The notes under the pieces: model-generated | Databases searched by the model: none | Seen by the model: only the letters and a program-made list of their open reading frames with translations | Told to the model about the DNA's origin: nothing | Part shown: positions 1 through 12,375 of the stretch, in pieces | Layout of the letters: each line of letters begins with the position of its first letter | How positions within the stretch are numbered: position 1 is the first letter of the stretch | Translations under genes and position numbers: made by a program | Assembly (NCBI RefSeq): GCF_009914755.1 | Contig: NC_060930.1 | Strand: one strand, 5' to 3' | DNA length: 64,000 bases | Source of the DNA: the human T2T-CHM13v2.0 reference genome, Homo sapiens

Positions 1-822
1 TAATCTCATTTATAATAGCTACAAATAAAATTAAATGCCTAGGAATAATCTTACCCAATGAAGTAAGAGATCTCTACAATGAAAACTATAAAACATTGAT
101 AAAAGAAATTGAAGAGGACACACAAAAAATGGAAATATATTCCCATGTTCATAGAGAAGAAGAATCAATATTGTTAAAAATGTTCAACTACCCAAAGAAA
201 TCTACAGATTCAATGCAATCTCTGTCAAAATACAAATAACATTCTTCACAGAAAAAGAAAGAAGTCCTAATATTTATATGACACCACAAAAGTCCCAGGA
301 TAACTAAAGCAATCCTTAGCAAAAAAAAAAAAGAAAACTGAAGGAATCACATTATCTGACTTCACATTATACCACAGAGCTATAGTAACCAAAACAACAT
401 GGTATTGGCAAAAACAGACAAACAGACCAATGGAACAGAAGAGAGAACACAGAAATAAATGCACAGATTTATAGTCAATTCATTTTCAACAAAAATGCCA
501 AGAATATAATTGGGGAAAGGACAGTCTCTTCAATAAATGGTACTGGAAAAACTGGATATCTATGTGCAGAAGAATGAAACTTGACCCCATCTCTTTCGAT
601 GTACAAAAATCAAATCAAAATAGATTAAAGACTTAAATCTAAGACCTTGAACTATGAAACAACACAAAGAAAAAATTGGGGAAACTCTCCAGAATATTGG
701 TCTGGGCAAAGATTTTTGGAGTAAGACCTCAAAAGCACAGACAACCAAAGCACAAATGGATAAATGGAGTCACATTTAAGCTCAAAATCTTCTGCACAGC
801 AAAGGAAACAATCAACAAAGTG
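1..822 (+). mobile_element. LINE-1 ORF2 3' region fragment (old L1MA/L1PB-like), degenerate; runs off window start
   Basis: L1 ORF2 motifs: GAAAACTATAAAACATTGATAAAAGAAATTGAAGAGGACAC, CTACAGATTCAATGCAATC, TTCTGCACAGCAAAGGAAACAATCAACAAAGTG. Interrupted at ~823 by another L1 5' end. Confidence 0.9.
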
Positions 823-3800
823 GAAGATGGTGGATTGGTGGAATTGTTAGCATGCGTCTCCCACTTGGAAAGACAAAATAGTGTATAGAGATTCATGCTG
901 TGAACATTTTACCAAGGAGCAACACAAACTTAACAGGAAAACTGAAAGAAACCACAGGCCCTTTGAAATAAGCGGCAGGCTGCAGCCTACACCATGAGGC
1001 AGGTAGAAAACTGCCAGTCCCCAGAGTGTGCTAGTCCCCAGAGGGATAAACTGCCTCCAGGACTCACACTCCTACTGGCGGACCTGGCAATACAGGCCAC
1101 AGGAGTAGGCCTGAACCCTACCCAGTAATGGAACTGACTTAGAGAGCGGTGGGAAATACAAAAGTAGAAACGGCGAGAAGAGCCTCACATGCATGCCCAA
1201 TCTCCAACCCGTATGAACCGAAGCCATTCTTGATCCTACCTCACTGGGAACCTCACAGAAGTCGGCCAGCTAACTCATGTGGTGGCTGCAGGTTGAGAGA
1301 AGCTCCCATCTGAAATTCGTAATATAATCTTTGAGTGGGTATGAACTCCCTTGGCCAGAACCAGGGGTGTGAGTGGGAAGTGTGCTGCAGCCACAATGCA
1401 GGAGCTGGGTGCCCTGGCCTCATAGGCGGAGTGGGAGGGGCGTGGCCTGAAAGCTATGGTTGCTATCTCCACTGGGAAAGCTTATGGCCTGTGGCAGTTT
1501 TGAGTCCTGCCCACAGACTGCCTGGAACTTAGCTAGCTGCTGCTAGTGGAACCCTGCGGATGTGAGGCCTGCCTTGCCAAGTGTGTGGGAGCTGAGTGTG
1601 GCTTACCTCTACCTGCTATTCCCCACTACCGATGTAAACTTCTGTGCAACAGAGACAGCTGTGCTACTTCCTGGAACATAACCCCAGAGGCCAGAGAGCT
1701 GGCCACAGACCTCCACTGGGGTTTCTGCTTGTCTTACACATGCAGAGCTAGAGCATGGACTTGCCTGACCCAGCACCTACCTGGCTTTACCCCTCTATCT
1801 GCTTTTGCAGCTCAACACAAAGGACAGAAATTGTGGGAGCTCTATGGGGTAGCCCATTGCCTGAAACTGACCAAAGTACCTCTCCTGGGTAACATAAGGC
1901 AAGCACAAATCCCACCACTACCACCTCAGCTGGTGTTCTCTTGCAAGCATCACCTCCTGTTTGGAGGCCAACTGACACAATCCATTGCAGCATCTCCGGG
2001 TAGCATAATGAAGTGCCCAGGAAGGAGAAAACTTGTACATGACCTCAGCTATCGCCATTGCCTGTAACAAGCGGGCTGACTAGGAAGTTCTGAGTGTCCA
2101 TTTGACCAGTTCATCATGACTACAACTGGCATTTGAGAAAGCCAACACAGTAAGGTTATTTATAACCAAGGAATCGCACAGAGTCTATGTCACCCCCCTG
2201 CCACCTCCACCAGTGCTGCTGGTGGTACCTGCTACTGAGAGACTTGAGGATAGATCACATCACTAGATCCCTTGCAGACATTCCCCAGTACTAGCCTTGA
2301 GTGTGGCAACTCCACTGGGTGGCTAGACCCAGAGGAGCAGCAGCATTCACAGTAGTCTGGTTCTCAGGGACTCCTACTCCTAGGGGAAGGGGGAGTGCAC
2401 CACATTAAGGGAACACCCCATGGGACAAAAGAATCCAGGTGGCAGGCCTTAAGTCCCAAAACTTTTCTGCTTGTAGAAAATCTCTTTCAGCAGAGGCACA
2501 GGTGAAGTGCTGGGCTAAGGAGGTTGAGGAGAAGCCTGTGACTCTACAATGGTCTGGCAGCCCTGGTGCTCATGAAGTGTCTTGAAGAAGGGGAATTATT
2601 TTCCCCCTTATCCACCACTACAGACACAGCTGGGTCTTCTCCCACAGGAGGTCGGCATGGGTGCACCCATAGACAGCCTTTCTGGAAAACTTCAGGATAA
2701 CAGCATCCCCATAGGTTCAGGTTTGCACATGGGTAGAGCCACAATCCCTGTCTACTTGGAACACCAACATATCTGCAGATGAAAACAAGTGCCTGTCTGA
2801 TTGGACTAGCTGGAACACTGGATTAGGAGTGAGTCTCAGAGCTGGATCACTTCCCTGCTGGCCCAGTAGGGGAGCTGAAGTGGCTCCCACCCTTCCCCCT
2901 GATGAGACCTCAGTATGTTTTACTGAGCCCCCAGCCACCTCTGTCAAGGCTGGGACCTCTGCCCACCACTGGGCATTGCATTTATCTATCTGCTTTAGCC
3001 ACAACAAGTTTCTATCCAGGGGCACCTTATGTACTGGCCTGAAACCTGAATTATTCAACTTAGTAAATAAAATACTGGGGAAAAATTAAAGAGATAAATC
3101 TCACAGAGAATAAGATAAACTTCAGGAAACCTCTACCATTCCAACTCCATAGGAGACAGTGCACTTGCTCACACACCAAGCACGTTGCTACTAAAATCAA
3201 CATCTGACAAAGCCATAATACAAAGATTCATACAAAAAACCAAGGAACTCATACAAATTCTTCACCTCTGAAAGCACCAAAGGCCAAATTAGGTTACAAA
3301 GAACTATAAACATTAAAGTAATATCCTAAAGGGAAAAAGGAAATTTAAAAAATAAACACAGTTAAATCACATATAAACCAAGAACAAATAGAAGAAGTAG
3401 CCTACCCAAATGAGAAGGAACCAGAAAAATAATTCTGACAATATGACAAAACAAGGTTCTATAACACACCCAAAAGATCACATTATTCCCCAGCACTGGA
3501 TCCAAACTGAGATGAAATCTTTGAAATAACAGATAATAAATTCAAAAGACTGATGATGAAGCTACTCAAGGAGATACAAGTGAAAGGTGAAAACCAACAT
3601 AAACCAACATAAAAAAGTGTTCAAGAAATATGGATTATGTAAAACGACCAAACCTAAGAATAGTTGGTGATCCTGAGGGAGAAAAGAAAGCAAAAAGTTT
3701 GGAAAACTAGAAAACTTCCTTGGCCTTGCTAGAGAATTAGATATCCAAATAGAAGAAGCTCAAAGAACATCTGGGAGCTTCATTGCAAAAAGGACATCGC

Positions 3801-5632
3801 CAAGGTATATAGCCATGAGGCTATCTAAAGTTAATGTAGAAAAGAATTCCAAGAGCAGTGAGACTAAAGCATCCACTAACCCATAAGATTAACAGCAGAC
3901 TTCTCAGCAGAAACTTTACATGCCAAAAGGGATTGAGGTCGTATTTTCAACCTCCTTAAACAGAACAACTGTTGGCTAAGAATTATTTTACAAAACTAAG
4001 TTTCATAAATCAAGGGGAAATAAAGTCTTTTTCAGACAAACAAATGCTGAGAGAATTGTCACTACCAGACAAGTCCTACAAGAAATGCTAAAAAGAGTTA
4101 TAAATCCTGAAATAAAAGGTCCATATGTACCAGAATAGAACCTCTTGAAGCCATAAAACCCACAGGGCCTATATAACAAAAACACAGTGAAGAAAAGAAA
4201 GTATCTAGGTAACAATCCACATGATGACTGGAGTAGTACCTCACATCTCAATATTAATATTGCATAAATGGCCTACTTAAAAGATACAGATTGGCAGAAT
4301 GGATAAAAATCATAAACCAAATATCTATTGTTTTTAAGAGACTCACCTAACATGTAATGATTCATATAAACTCAGGGTAAAGGGATGGAGAAAGATATCC
4401 CATGCAAATAGAAGCCAAAAGCAAGCAGTAGTAGCTATTCTTATGTCAGATAAAACAGACTTTAAAAAAAAAACAGTAAAAAAAATAGACAAAGTCATTG
4501 TATATAATAGAAGGATCAATCCAAAAAGAAGATATTACAACCTTAAATATATGCACACCTAACTCTAAAGCTGCCAGATTCATAAAACAATTACTACTAG
4601 ACTTAAGAAATGAGATAAAAAGCAACACAATAATACTAGGGGACTTCAACACTCCACTGACAACTCTAGACAGATCATCAAGTCAAAAAGCCAACAAAGA
4701 AATAATAGACTTAAACTATATTCTAGAACAAATGAACCTAACAGATATTTACAATTCTACCCAAGACCTGCAGAATATACATTTTTCTCATCAGCATGTG
4801 TAACATTTCTCAAGATAGACCATATGATAGGCCACAAAACAAGTTTAATAATTTTTTAAAACTCAAAATCACATCAGGTATCTTCTCAGGCCACAGTGAA
4901 TAAAACCATAAATCATCTTTAAAAGGAACCTTTAAAACTATACAAATATATGGACATCAAACAATCTGCTTCCAAATGATTTGGGGCTTAACAATAAAAT
5001 GAAGATGAAAATTTAAAAATTATTTGAAATAAGTGATAATAGCAACACAAATTATCAATAACCCTGGGATACAGCAAAAGCAGTGCTAAGAGGAAAGTTT
5101 ATAGTGCTAAATGCCTACATCAAAAAGCCTGAAAAATCACAAATTGACAACCTAACATCACACCTTAAGGAACTAGAGAAACAAGAACAAACAAAACCCA
5201 AAGCTAGCAGAAGAAAAGAAACAACAAAGATCAGAGAAGAACTGAATGAAGTTAAAACAAAAAAATTCAAAAGATCAATGAAACAAAAAATTGATTCTTT
5301 GAAAAGATAAACAAAATTGATAGAGCATTAGCTAGATTAACCAAGAAAAAAAGAGAGAGGATTTAAATAAGCTCAATTAGAAATAAAAATGGAGACATTA
5401 TAACCAAAACCATAGAAATACAAGAGATCATTCATGACTAGTATGAACACCTCTATAAACACAAACTAGAAAATCTAGAGGAAATGGATAAATTCCTGAA
5501 AAAATAAAACTCTTCTAGATTAAATCAGGAAGAAACAGAAATCTTGAACAGACTAATAACAATCAGTGAGATTGAATCAATAAAAAAAAATTGCCAACAA
5601 AAATAAAGCCCAGGGCCACATGGATTCACAGT
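823..5632 (+). mobile_element. LINE-1 (L1PB/L1P4-like) with 5'UTR (~823-3400), degenerate ORF1 (~3410-4135) and 5' part of ORF2 (~4224-5632); 3' half missing
   Basis: Starts AAGATGG(T)GG, a decayed YY1 site. ORF1 start ATGAGAAGGAACCAG at 3410. ORF2 endonuclease and linker remnants in ORFs 4498-4803 (IILGDFNTPL) and 5083-5310 ([14 protein letters not shown]...ASRRKE). Confidence 0.92.
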
Positions 5633-5635
5633 AGA

Positions 5636-5712
5636 AATCACGCCCCTGCACCCCAACCTGGGTGACAGGGTAAGACCCCATCTCACAAAAAAAAAAAAAA
5701 AAAAAAAAAAAA
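5636..5712 (+). mobile_element. Alu 3' terminus only (~50 nt plus poly-A), fused to L1 ORF2
   Basis: ATCACGCCCCTGCACCCCAACCTGGGTGACAGGGTAAGACCCCATCTC followed by an A tract. Confidence 0.85.
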
Positions 5713-6572
5713 GAATGAATCTAATTCAGAGAATGAAGTAAATGATATGATCCCAATAAGCACCTACTTTTTAAAATTAAAAGTGATAATTTTATTATGT
5801 GTGTTGATCCTAAATAAATGCAATTTGACAGTGCTATGTTGACGTGATTATAAAACTACTTTGTTTTTTGAAAGATTGAGGAATCCTTTGGTTTTATTAT
5901 CATTGTCATTAAAATAGCAAAATAATTGAAACATTTTGCCTTTCATAGCTAAAACACCTTTCATTTTCTTGAGGGCTTTTTTCCCCTTCATTCATAACTG
6001 TTCATCATTTCTTTTTCTTAGCTTAATCTTCTTTGAGGCACACATTCCATTTAACCATTAAGTGGAATTACCATCCTACCAAATAATTTCTGTCCTCTCA
6101 ATCTTGTTCTTAACAAGATATAAAATGTACATTTTTCTAGAACCCAACCTGATCATGAGATTATTGTTACTGAGGGCTCACAGGAAGGTCATAGTAAAGG
6201 CCAATTAAATGTTGATCTGTGAGGTTTGTGGGGAAAGGGATTCCAAGTTATGTCTTCTTCCCCCTGACTTTGTTTCTCCTAGCTCATATTCCTAGGACAT
6301 TTTTTACTCTAATGGGCCTCGTCCTGTTGATGTCTTCCCCAGTTCCTAAACCAATCATAAAGGAGCAAGCAAACATTGTAGTTTCAGATTCTCCCCTTCT
6401 TTCCACTCACCAATTCCTCTTTCCAGGATATTAGGGAATTGTAAAATGTTCCTCTCTGTCTCTAGCAACATTTTTTGCTTAAAGTCTATTTCATTTCATC
6501 TTTGTATAGATACTTGAGCTCTCTTATGATACTTGAGCTCTCTTATGATACTTCAGCTTTTATGTTTGCATG

Positions 6573-6600
6573 GTGTGTGTGTGTGTGTGTGTGTGTGTGT
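6573..6600. repeat. (TG)n microsatellite
   Basis: About 14 GT units. Confidence 0.95.
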
Positions 6601-6607
6601 ATTTATC

Positions 6608-8045
6608 TGTAGTATAATAAAAAATAAATACTTGATCTTTGATCCTCTACTCTTGGCACAAATCTCCTAAAACCTTTGGAATTTACTGGCTTTGCATCTG
6701 GATAAGATGACTCATGGTAGTGGGCAGCAGTGGGCTGCGTAGATATTCAGGTTAGGGGCTGGTCACCAGATAAACCAATCATGTAATTAGAGGGTTGCAA
6801 CTTGCAGCCCCACCCCCTGACCTCCAGTGCTGGGATTCACTCAGGATGCTGGCAGAAATATTAAAGGGAAATATTAGGGAAAGTTATAGGGAATAGTCAC
6901 AAACCATTTTGGAAGGCCGAAAGGTTACATAGCTTGTAATAACTGAACAGGCTGAAGGCAGCTGGTTCTTACCTTAGAGCATTATGTCATAGGGTAAATA
7001 CTAGAGATAACAGAGTCTTCCCCAGTTAATTTTGTTTACTCTACCTCCATTAACTAACCTTTGAGCCAGATAGCCCTCTCGGGGTGGGGGGTGGGGGAGG
7101 TCGACCAGGGATATTGCCCCCTAATGGTATTTACTTTAGACTGCGGTACCTGAACTTTAATCATTCATAAAACTACTCTCTTAACCATGTTAATTATCCA
7201 CAAGAGTGTTGACTCAGAGCTTCTGTTGTTAATTCTATACTAAATAAATGCCTGGAGTGCAAGCTGCTCAGGGCCGGCCGCAGTGACAAACCTCTCTTGG
7301 TGTGCAGGCGGTCGGACACTCAGCAGGACTGGCAAAACAGAATATCTGTGTGTCAGTGTACGTTTTATTCATCTGTCGTTGGGTCAGGGTCTGAAGGCAG
7401 ACCCCCGCAGCTAATGCCCTTTTGTGGGGAGCAATGTCTCACTCCAGGGAAGACAGAGGGACTAGAGACTGAATTCAATCACCAATGGCCAATGATTTCA
7501 TCAATCATGACTATGAATGAAACCTCCAAAAAAGAAAAAAAAAAACAAAACCCCTAGATGATGAAGTTCAGAGAGCTTCCAAGTTTGAATACATCTGCAT
7601 GCTAGAAGGGTGATGCACCCTGACTCCATGAGGGCAGTGGCTCCTGTGCAGGGATATCATCCTGAAGTACCTGGGCAGCCCACTCCTGCCCACTACCATG
7701 AGTCATCTTATTCGGACACAAAGCCAGTAATAGTAAGTAGAGTGCTTTTCTGAGTCCTGAAGGCTGTTCTAGCAAATAATTGAACCTGAGAGACGGTGGG
7801 AAGCCCCAAACTTGTTGTCAACTGGGAAGGAGTTTCAGTGACCTGAGAATCCCACTCCCAGCTGGCATCTAAACTGAAAGTGATCTTCCGGGACTCAGTC
7901 CTTTAACTGTGGGATCTGACACTAACTCCAGGTAGATAGTATCAGAATAGGATCGAATTTTGGGGCACCCAGTTGGCGTCAGAGAGTTGGAGAATTGATG
8001 TGGGGAAATGATACATACGCAGTGCTGGGGAAAAAAAACAAACTA
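6608..8045 (+). mobile_element. MER21 (MER21C-like) LTR, interrupted by LTR22
   Basis: CTCCTAAAACCTTTGGAAT, GGGGCTGGTCACCAGA, TTAGAGGGTTG...CCCCACCCCCTGACCTCC, GTGGGATCTGACACTAACTCCAGGTAGATAGT. Confidence 0.8.
6828..7441 (+). mobile_element. Solo LTR22-family (HERV-K HML-5) LTR with 6-bp TSD CTCCAG
   Basis: TG...CA termini. CTCCAG at 6822-6827 and 7442-7447. AATAAA at ~7243. LTR22-like text (TGCTGGGATTCACTCAGGATG, GGGTCAGGGTCTG...AGACCCCCGCA). Confidence 0.85.
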
Positions 8046-9115
8046 TACACCATCCTTTAATTTTCAACCTATTTTTAGATTGGAATCTAAAGTGTTTCTT
8101 ACAGAAAGCAAAGAGTTGGATCTTGTTTTTTTGTCATTATGACAATCTCTACCTTTTGATTGGATTGTTTCATTCCTTCACATTTAATATTATTATTGAT
8201 ATAGTTGGATTTGCATCCCATTTTACTTTTTAGTTTGTCTCATGTCTTTTTTGTTTCTCTATTTTTTATTTACTGTGTTCTTTTTGTATTAAGTGGGTAA
8301 TTTTTCTGGTGTATTATTTTAATTTCTTTAATGACTTTTAGATTATATTTTTGAGTTATTTTATTAGCATTCACTAGAGGAATTACAATATATACCTTAA
8401 TTTATTAGATTCTACTTTAGATTATTACTGTCCTCTTCTTTTCTTTCTCTGGATTTGAGTTACCATAATGCCATTTTCTTACTCCAGTATAGTTTCTTTC
8501 TCTCCTTGTGTCAAATATATTGTCAAATATATTATGCCTCTATATGTTATAGGACCAACAATATAATTTCATAGATCTTATGAAATTATATTGCAACTTT
8601 TAAATCAGTTAGAGAAAAAAAGAAGAAATATGTAATTATACTTTTTTATAGCTACCTATATAATTACATTTACCAGTCCTTGAGTTTTTCATGTGAATTC
8701 AAATTACTCTCCAATTTAATCTTCTTTCAGCCTCAAAAACTTCCTTGTAGGTCTTGGAAGTATTTCTGCTATAAATAAATTTTCTCTGTTTCTGTTAATC
8801 TGGGGATTTGTTTCATTTTTAAAAGATAGTTTTGGTTTTTTTTTTGCTTCAGCAGATTGAATATGTTACCCCCTTCTCTTCTGAAATTCACTGTTTCTGA
8901 CAAAAAGTCAGCTGTTAATCTTATCACTTGTATGTGATAAGTCATTTTTCTTTTGCTACTTTTAATATTATCTCTTTCTCTTTGTTTCACTATGATGTGT
9001 CAGAATGTGAATCTCTTTGTGTTTATCCTTCTTGGGGTTCATTGAGCTTCTTAAAGGGTAGTTTAATGTTTTTTCATTAGATTTGGAAAGTTTCCAGCCA
9101 TTACTTCTTTGAATA

Positions 9116-9461
9116 CAGATGCTCCTAAACTTACACTTTGAATACAGATGCTCCTAAACTTACAATTGGGTTTCATCCTGATAAACCCATTGTAAGTTGA
9201 AAATCTAGGTTGAAAATGCACTTAATACACCTAACCTACTGAACATCATAGCTTAGCGTCATCTACCTTAAACATGCTTGGAACATTTACATTAGCCTAC
9301 AGTTGGGCAAAATCATCTAACACAAAGCTTATATTATAATGAAGTTATTATGAAGAATTTTAAAATTCAAAGTACAATTTCTACTGAATGTGTATTGCTT
9401 TCTCTACATTGTAAAATCAAAAAGTTGTTAAGTTAAACCATAGTATACTGGGGACTGCCTG
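9116..9461 (+). mobile_element. MER47 (TcMar-Tigger MITE)
   Basis: TA|CAGATGCTCCT...GGGGACTGCCTG termini; internal ACACCTAACCTACTGAACATCATAGCTTAGC and CCTACAGTTGGGCAAAATCATCTAACACAAAGC. Confidence 0.85.
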
Positions 9462-9915
9462 CATTTTTTTTGCCTCCTCTCTCTTCTCCTTCCGGCACTC
9501 CCATTACACACATTTTGGTGCACTTAAGGCTGCTCCACATTTCTCTGAGGCCCTTCATTTTTCTTCATTATTTTCTATTCTTCAAATTGTGTGATCTCTA
9601 TTGAACTATCTTTAAGTCTGCTGATTCTTTCTTCTGCCAGAAAAAGTACCCATTTGAATCCTTCTAGTGGATTCCCATAGAAGTACCTCTTGGCATTTCT
9701 TCTGGGTAATTCCTTTTTCTAAACCCACCAATTCCATTCTGCCTTCCAGAGATGATGCAAGCCTTACCCCCAATTACTCCCTCTTGGGGAATTTCTAGAC
9801 CTTGTCTCTGCCAACTTTCATGGCAGATTGGTCATTATTATCAGATAGCAGATTCTTGCTACAATCCTCTATTCTCTGCAAGGCAACTATCATCACTCCT
9901 GTTTTAAATAAATGA

Positions 9916-10208
<293 letters not shown>

Positions 10209-10744
10209 TGAAGGACTAGAACACGGGTCTCTGGAATTTTAACCAGAGTAGTTATTGCATATAAGAATCACCTGAGATTTATTTAAAAGATGTGATGATT
10301 ATCCAAACCTATAGTGAACATGCAACAAAGAGTTATTTAACTTATTAATGAGGAAATCAGCTGGATAGCAATGGCAATTCAAGGTAGTATGGGAGAGACC
10401 GACACCCATAGTAAATGAAAGAAAGTGCTGGAATAAGAATGCCAAATTATTTACAAAGGTGCCAAATATCCTGTAGAGTAATAAAACTTAACATGTGTAA
10501 TTACCTTTTCTATAACAATTATTTGGATGTCTATCACCCAAAAATTATTTTAAATACATTAATCTCCTACAAGTTACCATCTAATGTCATACAATCTGGG
10601 TCTGAATCAATAGTAAATAGAAAGTCAAAAACACAGTCCTGGAAAATTAGATAAACCTTGGATGGACCTGCTAGACAATGCTTCATCATGAAAAGACATG
10701 CAGTCATCATTTCATGTTATTTCCAAGTTTTGGATTTTTAAAAA

Positions 10745-11010
10745 ATACACATAAAGTGTTTAGCCCAGATCCTGCCACATAATAAATGCTTGACATATTA
10801 TAGCATCTTTGTTATTTCTATCTTTGTAATCCTGGCTCAGTCACAACTAGTTGGGTGATGTTGGTCAGTGTACTCTCTTTGTTTTCCTTTTCTCATCTGT
10901 AAAGTGGTGATAATGATGGTTTCTATCTTACTATTATGAAGATTAAGGATTTAATATACACAAGGCACTTAGTATCTGGCACAGAATAATCACAAAATAA
11001 GTAAAAGTGA
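10745..11010 (+). mobile_element. MIR fragments (two)
   Basis: AATCCTGGCTC...TTTCTCATCTGTAAAGTGG core; CTGGCACAGAATAA tail. Confidence 0.7.
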
Positions 11011-12375
11011 ATGCTGTCATTCCTCACAGCATTTGGTGTCTCACTACAGTTGACATTTTTACAATATAAGGAAATGAAGCAGTGGGAGGGAACCATTGCT
11101 GCCATGGCAAGATGGTGTGTACAGCTAGTCAATGGATGCCTGAAGAACTTTTGCAGCTTGTACTCAAACTGAAGAGCAAGCTATTTATATCTGGGCTGGG
11201 AAACTAGCTCAGCGTTGCCTCAAATATTATTAAAATGGACATATTCCAGGGTTCTGAAAGCAAAGATAAATTTTATACTCTTGTTTGTCTGCTTTTTGCC
11301 TTCATCCTGACACAGTAATAACATGCAACACACTTTCACAGATTACTGCAAGAACTGCCTGAGGTTTTTCAACCAAATCCAGGCCTATCGTGTCCATGAC
11401 ATATTTCCCTGGGGATGAAAATTTTAACTATTTTCTACTAAGAGCAGCTTCCTCAACATGTTTGACTGCCTTATTTGATGTGGAAATAGAAAGCAAACGT
11501 CATTACCAACCAACCTCTCCATATAATCGCAGCACAAATAGCCTACAAGATATTGCTATTTTCATAATCCCATTTTCTCCTACATACAAGGAACATCTGA
11601 AATGTGTATAGAGAAAACTAATAACTATCTTTCCAGCAACGCTCTCTTGGTATTGGTATATTGGGAAACACATTTTAGATCAATGGTCAGCTTATGCTGG
11701 CATTAATAAGACATCCTTTTGAGCTTTGTAGAAATCTCTTTTCAATGACTCATTATATGAAGGACACGGAAGATAATTATAAAGACTCAAAACTCAGAGA
11801 CAGCCTGGTAATTTTTTTTCAAAACACAATTAGTATTGGTGAAAATAGGTTTGATGACTATTCCGGTAGAGACGAGTTACTGGGCAGCCATCTGGGGTCA
11901 TGACTCTTTCTTCTCAGGCTGTGTCTCCTAAGTTGAGAATGCAGCTTCTATGAAAGCAGAGAACTTAGCACACTGTCACAGAAGGTGTGCGTTTTCTTTA
12001 ATAGGTATATTTCAAGAATGAGATGGGCTATAATGTGTCACTTGTATAAACAGGTGATTAGTGTTGAAAGGCTTTCATGACCTTTCTCAGAAGTGATTCA
12101 TCCTTCCCTATTTATTTATTCAGCTATTCATTTATTTATTTCTCCTTTAATGATAGAAGTAATAAATGTATTACCAATTGCAGATAATGCATATGTCATT
12201 TAAAAAAAGCACAAAGGAATAGACAAAAATTCTCCATAATTTGTAGGTAGCAGTAATCCTACCTACACATTTTGTTTTGTGTAATTCTAGTGTCTTTTCA
12301 TGATTTACACATAGAGGGAGTAGGGGGAGAGAGAGATCATACATATGGTTTGTAACTTGCCTGGCAGATAAGGGC

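Larger units (their letters stand above)
6440..9670 (-). mobile_element. Old L1M fragment (ORF1/ORF2 junction region) in three pieces (~6440-6575, ~8047-9115, ~9462-9670), split by MER21/LTR22 and MER47
   Basis: Antisense L1 text TTAAAGTCTATTT...GTTTGCATGG resumes as CATCCTTTAATTTTCAACCTATT...GTTGGATCTTG after the LTR. ORF 8769-8990 (-) contains the ORF1-like IRLTADFLSET. Confidence 0.75.

Noticed and set aside
1546-2067. 173-aa ORF
   Set aside because: GTG start, lies within the L1 5'UTR, no recognisable domain.
4498-5310. L1 ORF2 ORFs as functional CDS
   Set aside because: Short fragments of a frameshifted element whose RT domain is missing.
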